Source: Podarcis liolepis (taxonomy: Eukaryota). Taken from it: a DNA stretch of 64,000 nucleotides. The stretch's first letter is position 1, and the number at the start of each line of letters is the position of its first letter. Shown piece by piece: positions 1-10,296 of this stretch. The position numbers were made by a program, and so were the translations under genes. The notes under the pieces were generated by a model that saw only the letters and a list, made by a program, of their open reading frames with translations, had not been told where the DNA came from and did no database searches. The stretch lies in the NCBI GenBank assembly GCA_965112155.1, contig OZ218111.1; one strand, written 5' to 3'.

Positions 1-134
1 GGATTGGGACAGTGGGCAAAGCTGTCTCTCCTGGGGTGGCTGCAGACGGGAAGCACCAGGCCTGGGACTTCTCCTTCTCCCAAGACACCAGGATGCAGAC
101 ATCCTGTGAAGCTGAAAGCTGGATGATGCAAAAC

Positions 135-485
135 AGAGGAAAGAAAGTCATTCTTCCTGCAAGGCAGATTCAACTGTGAAACTCGCTCCCACAGGAGGCA
201 GGGATGGCCACCAACCTAGATGGCTTTAAAAGATGGGTGGAGAAATTCATGGAAGAGAGGGCTATTGATGGCTACTAGTAGACAGGTTGGCTGTGCTCTG
301 CCTCCACAATTGGAGGCAGCAATGCTTCTGAACTGCAGTTGCTGGAGACTACAGGAGGGGAGAAAGTCCCCTTGTGCTCGGATCATGCTTGCAGGCTTCC
401 CACAGGCATCTGACTGGCCACTGTGAGAACAGCATGCTGGACTAGACGGGCCGCGGGCCTGATTCAGCAGACTCTTATGTTCTTC
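135..485 (+). mobile_element. CR1/L2-like LINE 3'-end fragment; related copies near 25790-26460, 35270-36130 and 57530-57860
   Basis: The motifs ctcccacaggaggcag.gatggcc...gatggctttaaaaga...ttcatgga.gagagggctat..atggctactag recur in several introns. Confidence 0.65.
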
Positions 486-717
486 TGATTTCTAGGGATA
501 GTAGGGTCTCCTGGGACTGAGCCAGAAGCCTGAGTAGGGAGGAGGAGCAGTTTGTGGGATGGGAGATCAGCCGCAGGGGGTCTGTGTTGGGGCTTCAGCA
601 GCTGCTGTTGCGCTGGCAGGATCCGCCTGTGTGTCAGAAGTGGGTCACCTGTCTAGGTTGGAGCTCCTCTTACTTCCCCCCTTTTCCCTCCTCTCCCTTC
701 CCCGGTTCAATTTCCAG

Positions 718-3615
718 GCCAGCTGGAGGTGATTCTGGACCGGCGCCTCATGCAGGATGACAACCGTGGCCTCGGGCAAGGCCTGAAGGACAACAAGCGG
801 ACCTGCAACCGCTTCCGCCTCCTCCTGGAGCGACACAGCGCGGCAAGCAAGGTACAAGGACTGGGTGCTCAGCACCCCTTGCATCTGGCCACTCTGCCCA
901 GGCACCTGTCTCTCCCTTGCTAGTTGACTTGGGTTTTTCAGAGTGCCAATAAGCGTGCAGAGTTTGATCTGATACGCTCAGAAGGACACGAAATCTGAGG
1001 CTCCTTTGGGGCCCAGGCCAGCCCTACAGCTCAAGAGTGGCACTGGGCTGCTTCTGCTTGCCAATCTCCTGGGCATCAGCACCTCTTGCAAGCACCCCTA
1101 AGGAAGGATTTTCCTTTGTGTTTGGGAAGCCACAGCAGTTCTCACATGGATGATCCCATAGCTGGGAGTTCATCTTGCATGATAAAAGTCTTACGTTCTA
1201 CCACCCGTCCCAGGCTGATGGAACCTTGAGCTAGCTCAAAATCCCTACATTTGCCCTGTTGCATGAAGTATTACTCCATGCCAGGATGTTCAGCATATTG
1301 CCCTTTCCCTCACTTTTCCTTGGAACTCCTGCCTGCAGCACACTGCAGAGCACCCATTTGTTCATTCCAGCAGCGCTTTAGTCAGATCAAACAGGCTAGA
1401 CACAAAACGCTTACAATCTTTGTCTGCTGTGTTTGGGAAGAGAAAGGAGAAGTGAGTTTCTTCATCCTGGGGACGGGATTGCTTTGTTGTGTTTCAGCTG
1501 AAAGGCTCCCGAGAATAAACAGATGCATGCAAGTACAAAATAACGCTGGATGATACAAATTCAAAACATTCCAACAGTGTTTGCAATAGTGATTTTGGCT
1601 CTCAGAGGGCAAACTGCAGGGTCTCCTTCGAACAATTGCAGTAGAGACGTAAAGGTGGTTCCACCAGTCAGCCGCTGGTAAAAAGGCAGAAGACTGAGTG
1701 TGGAGAGAGTGGGGTGGTCAGTTTCTCCTAGGGAGAAGCATGAATGCCCCCAGAGATCAGCCCTGGGGTGTGTGAAATGGAGCAGCCGAAGAAAGCAGTG
1801 AGCAGTGAGGGGAAGAAACACCATGCAGAGTCAGCAGAAGGAAGTCCCTGGCAGGCTGGCTTCAAAACAAGAGAAGTGGGAAGCAGACTGTTGCCTTGAG
1901 TAGCATGTAAAAGAGAGGGGGGTTTTGGGGGGTGGAACCTAACCCCCCACATGTGCCAGGAGCCCCTCCAGCCCAGGCGAGACGGCCTGTTCCTGGCCTC
2001 CTTGCTCTGCAAGGGCTGTGCGCCTTCGGATCGTGTTGTAACATGGCTGTTCTCACCGCCCCTCTCCCTGCCCCCATTTCCACCCAGAGCTCCAGCTTCT
2101 TTTCCAAACTGGCCTCCATGCTTAGAGACTTGGTCTTTCCCATCCACAAGGCCAACAGCCAAGAGGTAAAGCCCGGCCCTGTCTGGTGTGCTAGCTGGTG
2201 GTGACGTAGCTGCTGGGCCCACCTCTGTGCCCGTGTGTGCGTGGTAGCCCGGCTCCTAGCTCAGTGGCCATCATAGCTTAGAAGGCGGGAGGGCGGGCTT
2301 CCTGTGGGTGACCTCCTGGCCCCCGGAGCATCTTTGGCCCCTGGGGGTGGGACACCCACCTGCCTGTCATTGCTGGGCTTTCCTTCCTTCCCAGGCGGAA
2401 GCTGACCAGGCAACGAGTTTCCCATCTCTGCTCAGCCACCTGACCTCCATGCAGCTGAATGCTGAGGTGCTGGTGATGCCTGTTGCCCAGGAGAAGCCAC
2501 CGCCCCCCACCCTGAGGCCCTTCCTGCCCCTCTCGGGCCCCCTGCCTTGTGACTTCCATCTTCTCAACCTGCGCACCCTGCAAGGAGAGGTGAGTTGTCC
2601 CCTGGGTGGGGATCAATCACAGCTTTCTATAAGCGCAACAACAACAACAATAATAATAATATACCCCACCCATTTGGCTGGGTTGCCCCAGCCATTCTGG
2701 GTGGCTTCTATAACATAATAAAACATCAAACATTAAAAAGCTCCCGATGCAGGGCTGCCTTCTTAAAGTTTTCAATATCTTCTAAAAGTTGTATAGTTAT
2801 TTATCTTCTTGACATCTGATGGGAGGGCGTTCCACAGGGCAGGTGCCACTATGAAAAAGGCCCAGGTATACTGGGCTGAGGCAATTTAGGGCATTAAAGG
2901 TCAGCACCAACACTTTGAATTGTGCTCAGAAATGTACCAGGAGCCAGTTAACATTAGAAGGGACAAAAAGAGTCATTTGCCCAGTGTGGGAATCACAGCT
3001 CAGCCTGACCCAGCCTCTGCCTGCTTCTCCCTCACTGGGCCCTGCTTTCTCTCCCCGCCCACTTCTGTGACCAACACCCATGCCTTTCTCTCCAGGACGA
3101 TTCACTGCCCTCCACTGAGACGGCTCTGATCCTGCACCGAAAGGGCTTTGACTGTGGCCTGGAGGCCAGGAACTTGGGATTCAACTGCACCACCACCCAC
3201 GGCACAGTAAGCGGGGAGATGCCATGGGGCCTCTGAGGGAGAGAGGGGCAGGAATGGGCAACCCATGGGAGAGGGAGCAAGAGCTCTGGTGCTGTGGGGA
3301 GGGTGGAAGGATGGGTTCCTTGGGCTACTGCAGGAGGCAGCCAATGATGCTGGGCTTTGCTTTCTTGACTGAAGGGTAGGCTGCTTCCCTCTGGCATGCG
3401 TGGACTGGAGTCTGCTTTTGCGCTGACCCCCCTCTCTTAACCTCTTGTGTCCCCACCAGCTATCCCTGGGCGGCCTCTTCCAGGGCCTTGAACTGGCCTC
3501 CCTGCAGCCCTCCTCCTTGACACTTATGTACCCGCTGGCCACGACCTCCCCCAACAGCACCTCTGTCCACCTGGACCCCATGGAGATTGCCACTTTCCGC
3601 CTCCGTCTCGGATAA
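718..3615 (+). CDS. MAN2A2: Alpha-mannosidase 2x (Golgi alpha-mannosidase IIx), last coding exons only; the gene begins upstream of the window
   Basis: Exons 718-851 ([26 protein letters not shown]), cassette 2088-2165, 2395-2589 ([11 protein letters not shown]...[13 protein letters not shown]), 3096-3206 ([17 protein letters not shown]) and 3460-3615 (...[16 protein letters not shown]). All are AG/GT-bounded and in phase. The sequence matches the recalled GH38 MAN2A2 C-terminus. Confidence 0.96.
2088..2165 (+). CDS. MAN2A2: 78-nt in-frame cassette exon of MAN2A2 ([26 protein letters not shown])
   Basis: Pyrimidine-rich acceptor cccag|, donor GAG|gtaaag, phase 0/0, no stop. Resembles the recalled FFSKLAAMFRGLIF insert of long mammalian MAN2A2 isoforms. 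Confidence 0.75.
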
Positions 3616-5170
3616 GACGCCTCGCTGGCCCAGACTGGATTTCATTGGCCAGTTAGGCATTGGACTGGACGTTAGCACTTCCCCCCACTGGTATCCAGGG
3701 CAGACAGGATGTGGCCCAGCACCAGGAGGCTGCCAGGATCCAGAGACTCATTATTTATTTGTCTGCTCCTAAAAGACAGTATGGCACCAAAGGCCCGGCC
3801 AGACCAGGCTGGCCTGGCATGGTGACGCCTCCTGAGCAAAGGCTCCACAACACCCCTTGCAGTTGGGTGCTAGATGCTGGAGGTGACTGGCTGTGCTGTC
3901 AGGATGGGATGCTGTGGCAACAGGTGCAGCAGCAAAGATCTTGGCTCAGTCCCGCCCCCTCAGCTTTCATGAAAGGAGATCTCTACGTTCGCACCCTGGA
4001 GGCTCCGTTTCACAGCTCCTTCAAGAGGGAGGCAGACTCGATGTAGCAAATACTGGAAGGACATTACAACTTGTGAGCTTCCTGGAGTTCAGAACAAGTT
4101 TTTAGGAAACAAAACCAAAATAAAATGTTTTTTAAAGTGTTTGGCTCTCGAGTTGTGCTTTGGGCCTGGCTTCTCGTGGTCCAGATCTCAGGAAGGGAAC
4201 GTGGGGGCGGGGGTAGTTCTGTGTGGGTGTGCACAATCCTCTAGATCTGCAAAGCCAGAGCAGAAAGGTCATGGAGGACGTGTGACCAGAGGGAGCCACT
4301 TGACCCCTCTCAAATTCTTGAGACTCACCCTCTCTCCATGGGCATAGCCAAGGGGGGCAGCTGCCCCCCAATCAATACAATTCAATAAATACACATAGCA
4401 AACAAAGGTTCTGTCCCCCCCCCAACAAAAATTCTGGCTATCCCCATGCCCCTCTCCCTGCTTAATTTCCAAAATGAAAAGTGCATGAGTGCCATTGCCT
4501 TATCAGGAAGACCTTCTTGAGTGTCAATGTCCCTGCTGGGAATGGATCCAGAGCAACTTTGGCTGGCAATTTCCCTTCGCCCCTCCGGATTCAAGTTTGC
4601 AGTGGAAGGATTCAAAATGCAAAGGCATGCTGGACACTTCATGCTTTTTTCAGGGCAAAATGCTAGTTTTCAGCCCAGAACAGCCATTTCAAACTGCATG
4701 GGGAAGGGGAACCCCTCTGCTTCTTTTTGCTCCCCTTCTCTCTGTCCCAAGAAAATGGTGGCCAGGAGGAGGTAGGGATTGGGGTGGGGTGGGGTGGGAG
4801 AACAAGCAAGACAGTGACAGAGTGTGTCTACTGCTGTCTGTACAGCCAGGTGGTTTAAAATCTCTCTCCAGTGGTTTTTAACAATTTGTCAAGCGGGTGC
4901 CGGCATTCCCACTTTACAGGTGGAAAAACTTACTGTGCTGCGATTTGCCCAAGCCATTCTGCCCAGTGTGGGGGTTCAGCACTGCCACTCCCTTCCCGCC
5001 TCTAGCCATTATGGCTCAATATGAGGGAATCCCAAATGACACCCTGTAACCCCGAGCAGTGCATGGGATGTTACCTATTATTAATCAAATTTATATATTG
5101 CTTCATACCTGGGGGTCTCAGGGCGGTTCACTTGAGTAACTGGCTAATTACCAAAGGTTAAAATAAAAAA

Positions 5171-5289
5171 GTGTGCATGCACACGAAAGCTCATACCAAG
5201 AACTAACTTAAGTTGGTCTTTAAGGTGCTACTGGAAGGAATTTTTTTATTTTGACTATGGCAGACCAACACGGCTACCTATCTGTAACT
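5171..5289 (+). mobile_element. Penelope-like element terminal-repeat fragment; second copy at about 53174-53235
   Basis: gtgtgcatgcacacgaaagctcatacc...gttggtct.taaggtgctac motif, present twice in the window. Confidence 0.55.
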
Positions 5290-8200
5290 GTTACCAAAGG
5301 TTAGGTTTACTTGGGGTTAGGGGAGAGAGATGTGGGAAGGATATCTCCCTGGACGCTTTCCTTCCCCCCAGGTACAGCTGTTAAGGAGGGCCTTGCTCTG
5401 GCTGCAGGCACAGAGGGCACCTGCCAAGACTGCAGCCCTTGCTGGGGATTTCAGGCACCAGTTCCCTCCCCTCTTGGCAGCGCCTGCCTCTAGGGCACCT
5501 CGGGTTGTCATGGGGACCAGCATCACCAAAGCTCAGGCAACTCCCCAGGAAGGGACAGAGGCAGCGCCTGAGAGCTGCTCTCTCTGTCCAGTGGGCATGC
5601 TGGTCACTGCAGAGCCACGTTCCACCTGCAGCACTGATCCGGCACCAGAAAAAGTCTTCCTGGGCATGCTTTGAACAAGCTGAATGGTCTCTAGTGGCTC
5701 CTGGATGGTTGCTTCTTGCTGCACAATGGGACAGTGGATAGAACAGCTGCATTGACCCCAGGATAGGAACCAGAAAAGGCGGCTTCCCTTTGTGAGGGGA
5801 AGTGATCCGTGTCTCATGGGGCAGGCACCAAGGCGGCCAGAACCAGATTGTACCTGGGTTTGTAGAGACCCTGGCCAGAAGGAGAGCAAACTGATGTGGA
5901 CATCAGCTGCGGAGAGGCTTGGGCTGTGATAGGTAGGCTGGTTCCATGTGCTGCGGCTACTTTTTGATGCTTGAGAGGGGAATGGCACCTTTGAGCTCAG
6001 GCATTGTGGGGTGGGTGGCAGCCCCTGAAGGATGGGTGAAGGAGCAAGAGGTCACATGTTGTTTCCTTACCTGTGGTGCAAGGTCTCAAGTGGGGATCAG
6101 GAGGGGTGGCAGGGCAAAGGTAGGGCTTCCCAAGTCGACTGGAGCACCTGTCAAGCAGCCAGCCTCTCATTGCAAGGAGCAGTGCCTGGCAAGCTAGCAG
6201 CTTCTTGGCCTCAAGCCTGCTTCCCCTGCCCCAGTCAGTAGACAGGCAAGAGGACTCATCTCTCCTTGCAAATGTGCTCAAAAGGTGAGAGACACCGCAC
6301 TGCTTTATTCCCTAAACTCCTAGTATAAACAGAAGGCAGGAGCTCTCTCAGTGAAGGGCCAATCCTGCAGGAAGTGTGAAGGGGCACCCCTTACGAAAAA
6401 TCATGCTGGGAGCTCTGTGGGCTTAGGCCACTGGCAGGGAAAGCAGTAAGGGAGTTCTCAGGATGTGCCTCATGGGGTTTTATGCACCTCCAAAAGGAAA
6501 GAATGGAAACTGGGGGTAGAGCAACCGCCTTTGCACATTGAAAGGTCCCAGATTCAATCCCTGGGGGCAGCTCAAGGGGAAAACCAAAAAGGTCAGGTAG
6601 CAGGCAGTGGAAAAGGTAGAACTGCAAAGTCATCTGAATCATTAACTGGAAGTATGACAGGACATAGGCAAGCATGCACAGATCCCACCCTTAAAAGAAA
6701 TATGGCCAGTTAAGAGAAAAAACAAAGCCCTAATTACAAACCTTTCTGAAAGGACTTGTGCCAGCTTTATGAATGATTAATGCAATCTAATTCTGATTGC
6801 GGTCAATGAGAAATGAGGATCTGAGCAGAACTCCTGGAAATGAAGTATGGAGTGGTTATGGCCCAAAACCTTTTGGGGGAAGATACCACCAGGGATTGAG
6901 CCTGGGACCGTCTGTGTGCAAAGCCTGAGCAGTGGTCCTCCATTGCCTTCCTTCTCAGTCAGCTTATTCAGAGCAGAGGAGGTCCCTCTGCAACCCACAT
7001 CTGTGATAGGCAACCGGTAGATAATTCACACTTAAATGCAGTCTTCAGTTTGGCAGCTCCCTCCACAACGTTCAAATAACATAACCAGGAATGAGTCTAA
7101 AGGGATTCTCTATCCAGTTACTTCTTCAGTTTGACCCAATGTTTCATGTCCCAAAATTTCACAATAATGGATTATTTTTTTAATGGACACAATCAATGTT
7201 TTGATTCTATAGAGCAGCATCCAGCAAAGTGTGAGAATCTCTGGTTTAATCACAGAGCTCCCTCCTCCCTTTCTTCTCCCCATGCACCCCCTAAATCTGT
7301 TCCAGAATCCCTGCCCCACTCTGAATGGTATTAGGGGACAACACAGACAGAGGGAGGGGAAGTTCCATTTCACAAACAGGACAATGGAACCACACATAAT
7401 CTCTCTTGAAGAGTCAAACCGCTGCATTGGTAGCTCTGAAGTGACCTTCCATGGAGCCCAAGCCTGAGCAGTGCATACAGAGGTCCTTATCTCCCAGGTG
7501 ACAAGACCACCCTCTTGGCCTTGCTGATGTGGTCCAAAGGAAAGCAAAACATTTGGCACCAGCTTGGCTGCAAGTGTTGCCAGAAGCAAGTGTACGAGGT
7601 GCCATTCATTCTTTGTAGGGTTTACTCCTTTTCTTGTCCTGAAGATATCCCACAAGGCAAGGCAGTGGAGGTTTAGGATCAATGTCTTCCTTCTCCTACG
7701 TAGGCTACCTTCTCAGGTTGATGAGCCACATCTGACCCTCACTCCCTCTACTACAGCATGTGCAGAAACTGCCTCCTGACTGTTGGACCCACTACTGGTC
7801 TCGTCCGCTCAATCTGCTGGACCCTGTCTTCACATGCAGGGAAAGTCCCTAACTCATGGAGGGTTTGAGACCCATCAGTTACCCTCATCAAAAGGTGTAG
7901 CTCTAGACAATGACAAAACCCTGAGTGTTACAAATGCAACCAAGAACACCAGTGACACTATTAGGAAGCCAAATGCAAACTTTTGTTGCCTACAGCTTGG
8001 GGGTTTCCCACAGGGTTAGGGTTCAGCACCTGGTTGGCTACTGTGAAAACAGGATGCTGGCTAGATCCAGTAGGCTCTTCTTACATTCTTACAGTAGATG
8101 AATATTATCTATCCCAGTAAAACCCATACCCAAGAGAAGTGCTCCTGGATTCTTGGCTGTTTGTTCTGTAGAAGCCTGCCCCCCGCCCCCAATATGGGAC

Positions 8201-8614
8201 GCTGCCCAGAAAGTGCTTGCCTGTCTTTCCTGATGTTGAACACAGCAGGTGCCTGGATTCTGAGTGGAGGCCTGCCTTGGCGTAAAAAGCCCCCTGGGCC
8301 TTTCTCCTGAGCTGAAGACCCCGCTGGGGAGGCTCCTGACCACATCGTTTCTCCCCACTACTAGGCCAAACTCTGGCCCCTCCCATTAGCCAGGTCGCTT
8401 CCCTAATGGATCTTCCCTGCCCCCAGCTTGGCAAGGTCCCTGCAGAGGCAAGCCGTTAAGTGCAGCCTGGCCTAATGGCGCAGGGAGGTGCTTGATGGTA
8501 CCCGGTAATGGATGCGGGAGCCAGGCAGCTCTGTGTGGTTTCTTTGCTTTCCCTCCCTAGGAGGAGACAGTCAGAGCTGCCTCAGCCTTCAACACTGCTG
8601 CCGCTGCCGGGAAG

Positions 8615-10296
8615 ATGCTGCTCTTGCCCTGCCTGCTGCTGCTGGCCTTTCTCAGGACAGGTACCTGCATCTGGTCTCCCTTCTCTCCCTTCCCCACCAG
8701 CCCAGTAGCCCCCCAGGAGCTCCAACTTGCCGTGCCAAACCCACACTTTGAAACTGCAGTCTCTATAGTCTCCCAGGGGCTTCTCAGCCCATGTGCAGAT
8801 CTGCTTCGAGCAAGACTCCCGCTCTCAGGGGCTTCAGGGCCATCCTAGAGCTAAGTAAAAGCCCTGTTTGCAGGGTGCCACTTGCTCTGGGGTGTCCCAC
8901 CAGCTGGAGGAAGGAATCAACCTAGGATCCAAGCATGTTGACAAGGAATGATGGGCCTGTGTTTGTGTGCATGACAATTGGAGTGTGTGCATGAATGTGT
9001 TTGAGACAGAGAGTTAAGCTTGTGTTCATAGGCCAGTTTGCCTGCAAGTGCTCTGCTCAGTTTCCCAGTCAGTATGAGGAAAACCTTTCCCAGCTCCTTG
9101 CATCTTCCAACCCAAGGACAACTTCACCAGACAGACTTCTGCGCGTTGCCAATGCAGATCTGTCTGATTGGAACTGGGTACCCTCAAATCCCTTAGCACA
9201 GAACCAGTCACTTTCAGTCTTTAGTGGGTTTGGCTTTACTCTTTATGGGAAACAAATGTCCCTGGACCCTGGGTACTGGTTGTCTGAGGTCTGATCTGGC
9301 TCAGGGCAGGAAGTGGTTCTCCTCTAGCAGAAGTGTCCGCGACTTTGCAGCCTTTTTTATTAGGATACTTTCCCTCGCTGTTCAGCCCGCTTCCACAGGA
9401 CTGCCAACCACTCTATAGCCAGGCGACCGAAGAGACGCTGAAACGGCAGTCCCTGGGCCTGCCTGCCCCCTCCCCGGGGTCCTCCTGTGTGGGCTTTCAG
9501 CAGGGCTGGAGCGGCAGTATCCTCCCCCCTCCCCGCAATTCTCCCGCGAGCCCCGGCAGGGAGGGCAGCCCCCCCCCCGAGCACCCAGCTTGTTCCAATC
9601 GCTTCCTCTTTCCAGCTGGTACCCAAAACGTGCACCTTTGCGAGGGCTACCTGGACCCCGCCGGGCTCCACCACGCCGGCTTCTACTGCCCACGCCTCAC
9701 CGACCCCCCGACCCACGCCTACTGCTGCCTGCCTGCCGCCTCTCGCCGCTTCAAGTCCTGCTGCCCACGGCCCGAATTTGAGAGGCTCCGCGGCAATGCC
9801 TCGGCTTCTGCTCCGCCAGCCGCGCCCCGGTGAGATGCCCTTGTGGGGGGACGGGGGGGCGAGAGGGGTGTTGGGGGTTCCCCTCTTCCTCCCGTCCTTC
9901 CGTCTGAGCCCGCTTTCCCTCCACAGGAGCCCGCTGGGGCCGCTGTTGGGCGTGGGGCTCTACGGCTGCCTCGTCCTGGCCCTCATGACCGTCGACTTCC
10001 TTCACTTCTACCGCCTCCACCAGCGCAGCTTTCACCGCCTCCTCCACCGACGAATCCTCGGGAGGTGCCCCTGCAAGAAACAGGAAGCCGGAAAGAAGGC
10101 ACGCGGGGCGGGCGCGGCGGGAGGTGGAGCAGCTCCGCTCCCGGACCGCCCGGTCTCTTCTCCGCTGGGCGCTCCAAGGGAGGCGCTGCCAGCACGTGGG
10201 TCGGCTAGGGAGCGGCTGTCGCGCTCGCGTGGCGTCACTAGAGCGCGCCATGGAGGAGACGGCGGTGAGTGGGGTGGGCGGTGGGAGCCCAGCTGA
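8615..10296 (+). CDS. Shisa-like (SHISAL1/KIAA1644-type) single-pass membrane protein, about 209 aa, three coding exons
   Basis: Exon 8615-8660 encodes the signal peptide [15 protein letters not shown] (phase 1). Exon 9616-9829 encodes the Cys domain [22 protein letters not shown]...YCC...FKSCC..EF plus an NAS sequon (phase 2). Exon 9927-10296 encodes the TM segment [23 protein letters not shown] and a basic, Pro-rich tail. All splice phases match. The 3' end is the least certain part. Confidence 0.85.

Noticed and set aside
5300-8400. Many 60-190 aa ORFs between MAN2A2 and the Shisa-like gene
   Set aside because: No recognisable domains or consistent exon chain. Likely 3' UTR, intergenic or decayed repeats.
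9487-9926. N-terminal half of the 269-aa ORF 9487-10296
   Set aside because: Only the part from 9927 fits the Shisa-like exon 3. The upstream part is an off-frame or intronic GC-rich read-through.
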